DNA of 63,917 bases, counting the filler, from Rhabdomonas costata (Eukaryota), in assembly GCA_019059605.1 (NCBI GenBank). It is 43 parts of 43 records of this genome, joined end to end, with 100 filler letters (N's around TTAATTAATTAA, not from the genome) between each part and the next. Parts side by side here need not be neighbours in the genome. Positions count along the whole stretch, not along the records: positions 1 to 1,388 come from JAHMHO010017414.1; positions 1,489 to 2,876 come from JAHMHO010017415.1; positions 2,977 to 4,365 come from JAHMHO010017416.1; positions 4,466 to 5,853 come from JAHMHO010017417.1; positions 5,954 to 7,341 come from JAHMHO010017418.1; positions 7,442 to 8,829 come from JAHMHO010017419.1; positions 8,930 to 10,317 come from JAHMHO010017420.1; positions 10,418 to 11,805 come from JAHMHO010017421.1; 35 more parts are not named here. The stretch is one strand, 5' to 3'. Under the pieces are notes generated by a model. It was not told the origin of the DNA. It saw only the letters and a program-made list of their open reading frames with translations, and did no database searches. The position numbers and the translations under genes were made by a program. Shown here in pieces: positions 1 to 11,735 of this stretch (positions are counted from its first letter, which is position 1; each line of letters begins with the position of its first letter).

Positions 1-1
1 G

Positions 2-484
2 TTGGGTTTTAATGTATTTGAACTTGAACATATACACAAATTAGATGTCTATTTAAAGAACCCAAAAATAAATATTCTACAAAAACATTTGTCTTATAAT
101 GATATCATTAATTTATATTATACTCATGATATTTCTATTCAAGTTTCATGTCAAGAAGGTCTCGGATTAGGATTTTATGAATCAATAAGTACAGGGACAC
201 CTGTATTAAGTTTAAATACTCCGCCACATAATGAAATTATAAAAGAAAATGTGAATGGATGGTTAATTTCATGTGATTATGAAGATATGATAGATAATAC
301 AAACGGAATAATTAAAGCTGCTGTATTTAAATCACATACATTATATGATAAGATGGTTGAAATTGTAAATAATTATAATTATGACAAAATATATACAACA
401 TTAAAAAAAAATCTTGAAGAAATTCATATTGATAAATTTAGAAAACGTTTAATTAATAGTTTAGATTTACATATATTTACATAA
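2..484 (+). CDS. Glycosyltransferase family 4 (GT-B) C-terminal domain, 5'-truncated, probably viral
   Basis: E-x7-E motif EGLGLGFYE followed by GTPVL..PPHNEII..NGWL. Very AT-rich codons, no introns, ORF open to the contig edge. Confidence 0.85.
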   Translation: MGFNVFELEHIHKLDVYLKNPKINILQKHLSYNDIINLYYTHDISIQVSCQEGLGLGFYESISTGTPVLSLNTPPHNEIIKENVNGWLISCDYEDMIDNTNGIIKAAVFKSHTLYDKMVEIVNNYNYDKIYTTLKKNLEEIHIDKFRKRLINSLDLHIFT

Positions 485-511
485 AATAATTTATAATTTA
501 TAAATTATTTT
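483..511. terminator. Perfect 13-bp A/T hairpin between convergent genes (Mimiviridae-type polyadenylation hairpin candidate)
   Basis: AAAATAATTTATA-ATT-TATAAATTATTTT; the arms are exact reverse complements and fill nearly all of the 30-nt gap between the two stop codons. Confidence 0.65.
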
Positions 512-514
512 TAA

Positions 515-1387
515 TTACATAAAACATGTATCATTATCACAATAAATATTTAATTCTTTATTATTTATCTTTCTTCTCTTTGCTTTTTGTTCTATTATGA
601 GATCATTCTTTTTAATCGAGTTAATCATTTTAATATATTGATCTTCTGTTATTTTTTCATATGGCATTTGAGGATAACAGGAAGTAAATTTTGGAAGAAA
701 ACTTATTGCTTTTAATTTTGTTTGATATTGTTTAATTAATTCACTAAAATAATTTATATTTATATCTTTGTCAATAGATATTGTTACAGATACCTGATTA
801 TCTGCCCAATATTTTTGCATTAATGCTGTTATTTCTAATTGTTCTTCTAATGATGGATCCGTTTTTACATTTTTTATTTCTACTGGAAATTCAATCACTA
901 AATTATCTTTCATTACTTCATCATCTTCAACATGATATCCTAATTCAATATATTTTTTTACAAGTTCATTTGTTTTACTAATTCTTACACGTCGTATATA
1001 ATGATTCGCAATTGGACTATGAATCCCAGATGTTGCACCTGTTAATATTGATATTGTTCCTGATGGTTTAATCGATGTTTTCTTTATACTTTCATTTATA
1101 TTCAATATCGATGATATTTTTTTATCATAATCATCTAAATGTTTATATCCAGCTTGTAACCATGAAATTAATGTTTGTTTATCATGTTTCTCTAAAAATT
1201 GTGCTATACCTGATAATGAAACACCAATACGTCTATTTTTTTCTATTATTTTATCTGTTTCTTCATATCCTGTTTTTACTAATGTAACTATTTTTCCATA
1301 TAAAAATGCATATCGTAATGTCTTTAAAAATTCCTCAAAATTTTCAATTCGATTTAAAAATACTTCTACTAGATTGCAAACTTCATT
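515..1387 (-). CDS. nrdJ: Adenosylcobalamin-dependent ribonucleotide reductase, class II monomeric (RTPR/NrdJm), 5'-truncated
   Basis: Frame is open beyond the listed ORF to the contig end: NEVCNLVEV..LRYAFLYGKIVTL..KNRRIGVSLSGIAQF..TSIKPSGTISIL..SGIH..WADNQVSVT..YPQMPYEKI, ending in the C-x4-C pair YCDNDTCFM. Confidence 0.92.
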   Translation of the reverse strand, partial: NEVCNLVEVFLNRIENFEEFLKTLRYAFLYGKIVTLVKTGYEETDKIIEKNRRIGVSLSGIAQFLEKHDKQTLISWLQAGYKHLDDYDKKISSILNINESIKKTSIKPSGTISILTGATSGIHSPIANHYIRRVRISKTNELVKKYIELGYHVEDDEVMKDNLVIEFPVEIKNVKTDPSLEEQLEITALMQKYWADNQVSVTISIDKDININYFSELIKQYQTKLKAISFLPKFTSCYPQMPYEKITEDQYIKMINSIKKNDLIIEQKAKRRKINNKELNIYCDNDTCFM

Positions 1388-1388
1388 A

Positions 1389-1488
1389 NNNNNNNNNNNN
1401 NNNNNNNNNNNNNNNNNNNNNNNNNNNNNNNNTTAATTAATTAANNNNNNNNNNNNNNNNNNNNNNNNNNNNNNNNNNNNNNNNNNNN
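1389..1488. other. Artificial contig spacer (first of about 42, recurring every ~1.49 kb)
   Basis: 44 N + TTAATTAATTAA (stops in six frames) + 44 N, identical throughout the window. Confidence 0.99.
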
Positions 1489-2265
1489 TTTTTGTGGGGC
1501 TTTTTGACTTTCAGACGTTTTTACAAAAGATACAAACGTCTGTTGACGATCCGTTGGTTTTAGGAGAGCCCGGGGTGGCCTTCCGCGGCCGTTACCCGTT
1601 ACCATTAGCAAAGGACCGGCACAGAAATTCTTTTTCACCCAAAAAACTTTTGTCCTGAAGACACAGCTGACACTACATGCTCGTATCAAATTGCTCATAT
1701 ACTTTTCTTCTCTGCGTGTATTACAGGCGCGCTAGTGCAGTTTCACGTATTTGCTGGCTTTTTTTTTGCTTCAGTTAAAATGCTAGTATTGTGTTCCTAT
1801 GCTGCAGGCCCGTCTTGTCGATTGCAGCTTTTCGTTTGTGTGAAGTACAGTTTTGTGTTTTGATTTTGTGTTTGTGCTTTGAGTTTTTCGTGTTTTCTTT
1901 TTCACGTTTTCTCTTTTCCCGCGATGCTTTCTCATAGAAAATCCGAGGATTTAGCTGCCGTCAGGTACATCAAGTTTGTTGCAAAAGACGTCGAAGAACT
2001 GGTTGACCGCGGTGATCACACCGACCTTGAACTTGCCGCACAGCTCCTTGAGGAATGAGTCTCTTCAGCTTGTGTTTTATGTGACGGCGTTTTCAGTACC
2101 CTGTGTGCGGTTCAACTTTTCCTGTTTCATGAATTATTGAATCTGACAGGATTCTGCTGTACTAATGAGGTTGTTCTCCGGTACTTTTCCTGCTCAATGC
2201 CGAGTTGGCTGCTAGGTTTACCGAGTATTGTTTTGTGTGCCTGGCATAGGCATTTTTTTCGCAGG

Positions 2266-2420
2266 ACGCTCTGGGCGAAAAAAGCATGCAAGATTACGTC
2301 AGCGAGGAACTGCGCTGCGTTCAGCGCGGTGGCTATTACAGCAGAGAACGAGACAAGATTTTAGAGAGGGAGTACAAGCCCCCTGGTTCTGAGAAGGAGG
2401 AGGAGGACAGCACACAAAAG
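2266..2420 (+). CDS. Probable internal exon of an unidentified eukaryotic gene
   Basis: ttttttcgcag| DALGEKSMQDYVSEELRC...EEEDSTQK |gtccgg; no family recognised. Confidence 0.4.
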
Positions 2421-5400
2421 GTCCGGTCCCTCTTTGTAAATTTCTGCTCCGCAACTCCTGAGTTTCATCTGGGATCAGGGTGCGTTTTTTTTTTGCTAAC
2501 TCACTGTAGGGGAATATCACTGCTGCCACGCAAGACCCCGACAATATCGTTGTGATGGCGTCTCGGCTGGACGTGTTGAGGTTCGCCGCTGCGCTCGATC
2601 TCTGTGCCTCGTTCTAGGGGTTACTCGCGTTTGTGCTCAGGGCTTGTCAAAGGTGACGCGGCTCACCATCCCCTCTTAACGAGTGAAAGTGGCACCTCTG
2701 ATTGAAGGAGTCATCTGCTTTTATTAGTGAGCTTCCAATGCAGATGATTCCTGGTCACCGGTCAAAGTGGTGCACCTGAATGTATTCGGCGAGAAAGTAT
2801 CACCGCAACACACACACACACACACACACTAAAACGATCTCCGGTGCGGGTGGTGGAACAAAGAGCCACCCCCAACNNNNNNNNNNNNNNNNNNNNNNNN
2901 NNNNNNNNNNNNNNNNNNNNTTAATTAATTAANNNNNNNNNNNNNNNNNNNNNNNNNNNNNNNNNNNNNNNNNNNNGGGTTGGGTGGTACCCGAGTGTGT
3001 GTGTGTGTGTGTGTGTGTGTTTACGGTTGTACTGTTGTATATTCCTGGCATCATCTCCAGGGCATCAGCCTGTCGGTTTGATGCAATTCTCAGACAAGGA
3101 GCAATACTCAATGTTTGTGCACACCCACCACATCGATGACGACGACAAGGTTCTTTGAGTCACGCCCGGTCGACGTCTCCCTGCCAGAGAACACCTAAAC
3201 GACAGCGACGGGGTCCCAGCAGTTTCTCTGGTAGGTGAGGAAATAACACCCGAACGAGGCCTTTTGGTGCAAAGGCACAAGAGAAAGAATGCCCCCTGTT
3301 TTACCCTTCCCAGGTGCCATCCAAAGTTTCACCACAGAACGAGACTCCGGCCATTTAAGCGCCCCAGGCAACTTATGTCCCCAACCATGCACCCGCTGAC
3401 ACCCCTTGTTTCACTGGGGAAGACCTTGATGGGGTGGGGCCAGAGTTGCCTAACGTTTAATCGAGACCAGTGTGTAAAACCGCAATATGAATTTGTGCCG
3501 ACTTCGGTGCCTGACATTATCCGTACCTATGTTTACCCTTCACACCCAACTCGGTATGTGTGTATGTACGGGTGCGTCTGCGCGGTGTCGAGTTCTCAAC
3601 TTATCTCTCTCTCTCTATGTGTAGCGTTTGTTTTGGTGCTCTGCCTGAGGATTCGATAACATGCCAAAATCTCAAAAACCTTGTGAGAATCATGCTCCAG
3701 ATTGCCATTCGCTGTTCGTATTACTGAAAGGCAGCGTTTTGTAACTCCATCGCAATGCAGAGCTCGTTCCGATCCGAAGCTCCAACCTCCATGCACCGTT
3801 TTTTTTGCACTTGGTCCGCGGACCGGCGTCGAAGGGTCTGCTTATTTCGGATCCTCCACGGCGCAGAAATTCAGTTTTTTACGTCTTTCCAGTGCAGAGT
3901 CAGGCAGCGTTTGCTGTGGTTTCGGTTGACGTAGTGAGATTCAAAGACGTTTTACGACATTTTGGAAAAAGCAGAGACACGGCTCCTTGTTCTTTATGTC
4001 AAAACCTCTAGGTTTCCATAGTGAAGCCATAAATTTCGGGCGTCCCTCAGACATCTGAAGAGGAGATTAACGGCTGTCAGCAAGCGCCTGAGCGATGTCG
4101 AGGTGGCAGTGGAGCTGAGCGTTGCCATCGCTACGTTCGACTTGGAGAAACTGGTCTTCCTGGAGTTCATCCAGGCATACCTTTTCTTCCGTCCCTGTGT
4201 GTCACCCCTTCCCCCTTGCCATACCTTTTCAGGGTGTCAGGGCGTCAGGTTGTCAAGGTGTCAGGTGCTCCGTTTTTTTCGGTTTGGATTTGTGGTATTC
4301 CCTTTCCTTTCTTAAGTTGTCTTATACATCTGGGAAACATCAGTGATGTTTCCGACCCACAAACCNNNNNNNNNNNNNNNNNNNNNNNNNNNNNNNNNNN
4401 NNNNNNNNNTTAATTAATTAANNNNNNNNNNNNNNNNNNNNNNNNNNNNNNNNNNNNNNNNNNNNGTGTTGGTGGGGGTTGAAGGGTGTGCTGAATGGTA
4501 AAGAATGTCGGCACCGGGTACAGTGCGGGATCCGCTGAAGCAATATTCTCATTTAATGGGGCACAGCAACAGAGGTGAAACGCTTGCTGTTTGAAAGGCG
4601 GGACAAAGACCTGTCCAGGGAGACACGGGGATATTCGAACCCTATCACCAAATGGTGCCGTTGTTCCGCCGATGCTGCCTCGAGACCTGTGAGTGATCGA
4701 CGGGTTGCTTTCCGGCAATTTATACACCCAGGTTCTGCGGGCGGCCATTCCTTGTAGATTGTCTCTGCACGAGCCTTCGAGGGCGGCTGTTCGTGATTCT
4801 GCAGGAGTTCAACCAGGTGAAGTCCATCAAACGGGAATAATGGGCACCTCAGCGTCCGATTTTGGTGAGGCAGAGCCCCACGGATCATCTTCACATCTTC
4901 AGATCATCCAGGCAACCCCAACAGTAAAAAGCAATCACAAGTTCACGGCGGCGCAACGTTCTGGTGCATTTTATGCCGCAGCTCTTCCTCCTCAACCCCA
5001 CCGCATTATGCCAAAAAATGGATTTCTCAAGAGCACAGGAGTGGAGTGGAACTGGCAGGAGGGGAAGCACACGACAATTGGTGAAAAAAATCCGAACAAA
5101 ACAAAAGTTTGAGGTTTCACCATGGGAAACGCGAATAGGAAACTTTCTGTACGGCGTGACAATGCGTAGCTGAAAGACCCAAGGAAGGACCCAAGGAAGG
5201 AAAAGACGGAAAGTCTGCGAGTGGCTGCTGAATCTGGAAGCAACGATTCAGTACAGAACTAGCAGGTGACAGCCGCACACGTGCGTGTAAGCGCTTTGCC
5301 AATGTTACAAAAAACTGAGGCACTCTGATATGTACAAAGCAAAGGCATTTCACTAGCAACACCGCACGAAGGCATGACAACGGGCGGGAAGAGGGAAAAT

Positions 5401-8132
5401 GAGGCGGGGAAAGAAGCTCCCAAGAGCGCAACCGTTTTCATCGTAACGCATCAACAACCATATATGGAATTCTATGCCCTCCCGGTACACTACCAGGACC
5501 ACAATTAAGGAGAAATTTTCGCAAAAACCTTCCCAGCAAATTTTTTTATGAACTCCTTACAGCTGCTGATTATGCACACGAGTAAGATGCAGTTTAGCGT
5601 CATCAACGACAACAACACCATCATGTCTCTTCACAACTGACAATTGAAAAATTGGCGGCGGACGATCAAACTCATTTTAATTAAAAAAAGGCCCACGGGC
5701 AAACCTCAACCACAATATCCAAACTGTGTGAGCTGTGATTAAGAAAGATGGCAAGCATCCGGGTGGACACCTTTGGATTGCGGAATCTGCAGCAACCGAA
5801 TATAACCTAATAATATAACCCAATAATATCCCCCAGTAGATCCAAATATGTCCNNNNNNNNNNNNNNNNNNNNNNNNNNNNNNNNNNNNNNNNNNNNTTA
5901 ATTAATTAANNNNNNNNNNNNNNNNNNNNNNNNNNNNNNNNNNNNNNNNNNNNTACAGTGCGTGAGGAGGTGAGGAGGTCAAGTGGTGTGGATGTGACAA
6001 GTGCAACGGGATGGAGGCTGCCGTCCAACTCAATGCGAAGGACCGTGCTTCGGGTCCTACTTCTGAGGTGAAATACAAAACACGAAGGGTACTAGAAAAT
6101 GAAGCTCCTCTTTACACCCAACAGGTGGTCAACGGTCTGCGGAATGTGTAATAGGAGGGGTCCTGCGGCGCAAAAATGGGAGTGGGAACAAACGAAAAAA
6201 AAACATGCAATGCATGAGTGAGTGGGTATGTGGCACGAGCGAAGGACTGTCTTCGGTGTCTTAAACTATCCAGCAATTCAAACCTTCAAAAAAAAAACTG
6301 TGGTTTTGCAGTTGATCGACACATAGTCAAGCAACGTGAGCGAGTTTCGCAGGTGCGCTCTCTACCCACAGAGCAGTAGAGTCGGCACGTCGCCGCGTCA
6401 GTGCGCTAGTCAGAAGAGTAGCTGTGCCGATCCTTCAGTCACCTCCAGGCAGTCATCAGAGCCGTTATGCTGTATGCTGTGGTGGCTTTGAGGGCATTCC
6501 TCCAAATTCACTCTTCCTGCTCTGCGTAAGTGCACCTTCTGGGCCAGCTAAAAGGCGCCGCGAGGGACAGGCTCGGAACCATGGGAGCCGCGGGATGAAG
6601 CAAGGCATCACACAAGAGAGACGGCTTAGCCACTTGGCGCCTTCTGGGCAGCTCTGACAAAGGGCATCACGTACCGCTCCTGAAAACAGCAGCAAGGTCA
6701 AAAGTCCTCTCGTCCGTCAAACGAGGTGGGATTGAGGGGATCGCAGTGAAGGTTCCGAGATCCGCAAATGTTGCAAGGGCGGATCCTAGCTGACAGAAAA
6801 ATCAATACAATACTAATCATTTGGGGTTTTTTGGGAGGGCTACTTACCTCATTGTTTTGCAGTCGCCCAAACAATTATTGGCTGTTTCCAGACCAATGTG
6901 CGGAGTGTACCTTTTTCAAGGTTCAAGACCGAAGCGTTTCCTTCCAAACGCACTTTGCTGTTATCCCATGTGCGTTTCAAATGAAGAACTTCCCTGATGT
7001 TCTCTTGTTTTACGTTTGTGGGCGCGTTTGGGTGAAAACTCGACAGCAGCTGACGCTTTACGAAGAAACCCTGCGCATTTTGTGGTTTCTACCACCAAGC
7101 TCCCCAACAGTTCTGTCGCTGCGCCACCGATGTAGTGGCTGCATTGGGAAAAAGAGAATAATTCAGAATATCGCATTATTTATTCGTCTTTCTTCGTCTT
7201 TCTTGCCGCACCGTCCAGTTCGTGATGGTGTAGCGGCTGAGAGCCTTCTGGCGAGCCCTCTGGGCCATCGCGAAATAGGTCGTGTTGAAATTCGCCAGCA
7301 CCTCTCGGATCCGGAGGTGCTGGCGAATTTCAACACACCCCNNNNNNNNNNNNNNNNNNNNNNNNNNNNNNNNNNNNNNNNNNNNTTAATTAATTAANNN
7401 NNNNNNNNNNNNNNNNNNNNNNNNNNNNNNNNNNNNNNNNNTTTGTTGTGTGCGAAGAGTTCAGGGCGCGTACAGTTTGTCAATCTTTCATCATGCCTTC
7501 TTTAATGTTCTCCCCAGAAGCCCCAGCATCCGCCATGATGAAAGATTGACAAACTGTACGCGCCCTGAACTCTTCGCACACAATTATACTCACTCGTTTA
7601 TGTCGACTGACGGCCACCACTTGCGCATCACAGCCACGACCACACAAATCAACTGTTGGCTCCGATTCATTGCGGGTGTGCCAACGATCATGAGCATTTT
7701 TTAAAAAGTGAACGGGTACCAACAAACTAGATGGAACCCTGTGGATCTCTGATCGGTAAAATGGGGTGAAGTCGCCGTTACGAGGACCAGTAACAGCTAC
7801 CCAAGTTGTGGAGAAGCCTCCCCTTATCCATGTGACGTGTGTTGCTTGTGTCGCACTGATCCAGACTGACCGAAACTTGAGAAGTATGAGGGCGATTCAG
7901 ATGTCTTCTTGGACTCCAATAAGTGTGCATGCGGTCAGAGGGTGTGCAAAGGGTGTAAAGTGTCAGAGGGACCATGTTGAAAGCACAGTACAGTGGTGTC
8001 AGCGGGTGTTGAATGTTCCTAGAGATTCAGAAAAGATTCACGAAGTACCACATACCAATGATGAGTTTGGGTTTGTGGCACCCAGTGGGTTTACCAGTGG
8101 ATGTCCAAAAACTATTTTGAGAGTGTGCATAC

Positions 8133-8297
8133 CCCCAGCGCTACCTCCTCGACCCCGGCCGTGGCGCTGTAGACGCGCTCCTGGCTCTCCTCCAGGACGA
8201 GGTTCACGCACTGGTCGAACCCACGCAGAGTGCCCACGATGTGCCTCCCGTCGTTGGTGAGGCAGCTGACGAGTTTATCCACGAAGGGCTCCAAAGC
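8133..8297 (-). CDS. LSM8: U6 snRNA-associated Sm-like protein LSm8, internal exon
   Basis: cag| ALEPFVDKLVSCLTNDGRHIVGTLRGFDQCVNLVLEESQERVYSATAGVEEVALG |gtatgc; Sm1 motif with the LSm8-type ERVYS...GVE.V.LG. Confidence 0.9.
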
Positions 8298-9093
8298 CTG
8301 CCACGGAAGCCGTCCACACGGTGCACACTCGTATCCCATATCCCATATCATCCTCCCTCCTCACTCAGACATCTTCCTGAATCGAATCAATTGCTAATCT
8401 GGAGGCAGGAGCTTCAGCTTTTTATATTGGCGAAGCAGCGGCCGTGCCAGTGTCCAATGTTCTCAGACAAAGAAAAAACCCGGGGAAGAGCATCAAACAT
8501 GGTGTATTTTGAGTAATAGGAGCCTTGACTTGCTGGTGTGTGGGACAGGCATCTGGGATATAGTAGATAGGTTGCAAGGGGATAAGGGCAATGTAATTAC
8601 GGTGGAGTGGGGGTGGGTGGCGAAGCCTCTGCAGCAACTTCCCAGAGTAAGCGAGTTTACACTGACGTATTTCCGCATTTCCGGGGTGAGGTGGCATTTA
8701 AGCCAAACCATGCCGAATCAAAATGCATAATCTGATAATGATGTAAGGAACCAGGCAGAGATGTAAATTCCCACCTGAATGTCATGGAAGACTGGAGCAC
8801 CTCTGTTGCAGCAAAGTGGCCACACCCCCNNNNNNNNNNNNNNNNNNNNNNNNNNNNNNNNNNNNNNNNNNNNTTAATTAATTAANNNNNNNNNNNNNNN
8901 NNNNNNNNNNNNNNNNNNNNNNNNNNNNNGTGTTGGGTGTGTGTGGGGGTGGGGTGTCTGGGGTTTGTTTGGGTTGCAGCCTAAGGCGGCCTACTGTTCT
9001 TTCCAGTTCCCCTCTGTCAGTTTCCGTCGGATCCACTTCCTCGATTCTCGCAGGGTTTTTGTACTTTTTTTTCTCTTCTTTTTCTTTCCCACA

Positions 9094-10276
9094 GCGGAGG
9101 TCCTGAGCCTTCTGTGTGCGGGGTTTCGCGGCCTGAGGGGCGTGCAAGTCGCCCTTAGCCGCGCCGTGGCCCGGTTTGTGCGCTCGCAGAGGAAGGCACC
9201 CCGGCTGCTGCTCACCAACGCAGGTTCAGAGTTCCCATCCTCCGACCTTCTCTCCTCCCTCAGGTCCTCCTCCGCCTCCTCCTCCCTGGCCTTGTACGGA
9301 TCAGCGTAACACATCACTCGAGCTTGAGAAGAAAATATTGGGTTTTATGCCATGGGTTTTATGTTTTTTTTTGTGAATTGTGTTTTTTTGAAAGCAAATA
9401 TATTCTTGCAACTACATTATTTGATGAGCATTTCAGAGTCGGCGGAATTCCCTAAAGTTCCATGCGGATTCGCATTTAGCCTGGCTACCTAAACTTACGA
9501 CGAGCCCACAGCTGCGTCCTGCCTTTCGCAGAGGCCGAGTCTTCGTTTCTTGAGGAGACCTCCTCGAGTGCTGCCCCGACGGCCGTGGCGCAGCTGCAGG
9601 CATGGGCGCAGCCTGACCTGCGGGCCGCCGATGAGCTCTGGAAGGCTCTGGTGCAGCTCTTGTCTGGCCTGCTGGGCAGCGCCCACAATGCCCAGGGGCT
9701 GTGGAGCTGGGTGCGTTGTGCGCTGGCTATGAAAGGGAGATGGGAGTGGTTCCCCCTCGCCCCTGCGTCACCTTTCGAAGGCGGAGACACAGATACATGC
9801 AATACGGAGATACATGCCACATCGGCACAGCAGTTGGCGCAGCGGTTGGGTGCTAACTGTATTTTCCAGATGCAATTGATGCCTCCGGAAAATGCGAGCG
9901 AGCTCTGGTGTGTTGAGGATTGGCTGTGGCTTGCTGTGCCTCGTAGATCGTGTCGTTTCGCCAACTTTAAGTTTTTTATAACTTCAGTGTTTTTATCATC
10001 TTTGAGGTTTTGATCGAAGTTATGCACCATTGCGGGAGACATCTTTACGCTGTGGATTTCTGCGGTCAGCGCGCGCGCGCGCGGACCTGTCTGTGGGTTT
10101 GATGGCACCTCCTTGAGGGGGTGTGGGGTGTTGGGCAGGTCCTCTGTGGAGTTGACCTGAGCTTCGTCGCACTGCTGTCCCGGCTTCAGCTGCAGGAAGT
10201 GAGTTTGCTGCACGCTGTGGCCAGCCTTCACCGCAATCAGGCGGGCTGGACTGGCCCAGGCGGCGCCTCGTCTCAG
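9094..10276 (+). CDS. Three probable exons of an unidentified Leu/Ala-rich helical protein (~9094-9222, 9532-9710, 10139-10276)
   Basis: GC3-rich open blocks with pyrimidine-AG acceptors and GT donors (last possibly GC); phases are compatible. Confidence 0.45.
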
Positions 10277-10523
10277 GCGCATTTCGCTTTCCCCACCTTC
10301 CTCCCCTTCCCAACACANNNNNNNNNNNNNNNNNNNNNNNNNNNNNNNNNNNNNNNNNNNNTTAATTAATTAANNNNNNNNNNNNNNNNNNNNNNNNNNN
10401 NNNNNNNNNNNNNNNNNGGATAGTTGGCGAGAGTATCCTTGGCTTTGCGTTACCGCTGGTGGTGAAGCGATTCTGGACACCTCGTAGCTCCATTCCATGT
10501 CCATTTCGTGTTTCCGTGCTCAG

Positions 10524-11735
10524 GGGGATTCCAGCGCCCGAGCAAGTGTGCTCTGCGCTTCTAACTGCTTCGCTGACCGGCTCACGGGAGAGCTACAAGG
10601 TGAGGTGCTCAATTTCTATTCAGTCCGGGTGCTCCCAAAGATGTGGTGAGCTTGTCCACGAAGGCTGTGTTTTTGGTTAAGCAGCCCTCTTCGATGGTGC
10701 TTCTTGCTACACAGTTGCTCTGCGGTTCGTGAACGGATTGAGGAGTGAAAGGTGTAACCACCCCTCGAACCCACGCCACCACCAGACCTTCACTTCTCAC
10801 TCAGGTCAAGTGCAACGTTGTCCGAGCGCTGGGCAACCTGGGCCACTCCGCTTCTGCGAGCTGGCTGCTGCAGCCCTTCGACATGGCCCGTGAAGCCCAG
10901 ACCCTCCTGTCGCCCAAACGGAAAGGTGTTCCCCACCACGCATATGTTTCAGCGAATGGGTTGTCATTACTGCGTTGGGAAATGTAAAAGGAGCATCATC
11001 CATTTTTTTCTGCGTGGTCGCTGTGCCGGCGATTTGACGTTGACTTTCTTCTAGTGAAACAACTGGTCAACGCAGATGCAGACGAGTGCGTCTGCGATAC
11101 GCCTTTTATGGAACTGCGTCATTTTCGGTCACCGGCTGTCGATTTCTACTTGGAAAATTGCAGGCAGTATGGAGGTGAACTGGAGGGCCGTGGGGCAACA
11201 TTCCAGCTACAGCCCGATTACCGCAACCCCAGGCGCGAACTTCTCTGTTCCACCCCGCGGGGGCTCCCCCGCCCCGATGTACAGCCGTCTCCACACAATG
11301 CTTACCGAGCTTGTCGCGGCACTGTCGGATGCCAACGTGAAGGTTGGCATTCACTTTATTTGCGAAGGGCCTTCCCTTTTCGTGTGTGTAATGTTCGAAA
11401 ACCTTCATAGGTAATGTTCAGGTTGGTGTTTGGCAGGTTGGTTTCAGCGGTTTTACTCGGTCCATCGGTCCCGATGCGGTCTGCTCGTTTGCTTTTTTTC
11501 TTTTCGCCAATGCACATTCTGATTAGCTTGATCGGCAGCTGTTTTCACATCATACATAGGCAAGTGAGGGGATGCTGGGGCGCATATTCATCAGGTGCGC
11601 TGGAATGGATGCTACGGCATCGGCAAGGTTATCTCGAATCCCAGCCTTGTGCATGTTGCTGAAGCCGTGGCCAGCCTCACAGCCACAGCGATGCAGTCCA
11701 TGTGCACGGCGATCCAGTGCGATCCGAACTTCAAG
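10524..11735 (+). CDS. HEATR6: HEAT repeat-containing protein 6-like, exons ~10524-10599, 10805-10925, 11164-11342, 11595-11735
   Basis: Spliced peptides K|VKCNVVRALGNL, NVK|VRWNGCYGIGK and DPNFK|, matching the HEATR6 motifs KVKSNAVRALGNL, KVRWNACYA.GN and NFKVR; GT-AG boundaries. Confidence 0.8.

Noticed and set aside
1075-1287. Plus-strand ORFs 781-981 and 1075-1287
   Set aside because: Shadow ORFs antisense to nrdJ.
1433-1444. Regularly spaced TTAATTAATTAA palindrome resembling an array repeat
   Set aside because: Always centred in N-runs; an artificial linker, not CRISPR or a biological repeat.
1-2876. Viral-like DNA next to eukaryotic DNA suggesting endogenisation
   Set aside because: Separated by an artificial spacer; no physical linkage.
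7282-7582. Inverted repeats at the end of one contig (7282-7336) and the start of the next (7445-7582)
   Set aside because: Each is terminal with perfect arms, and they lie on different contigs; fold-back artefacts.
8262-8290. CTGACGAG...CGAAG hammerhead-like core
   Set aside because: Lacks GAAA and stems I/III, and is antisense to LSm8 coding sequence.
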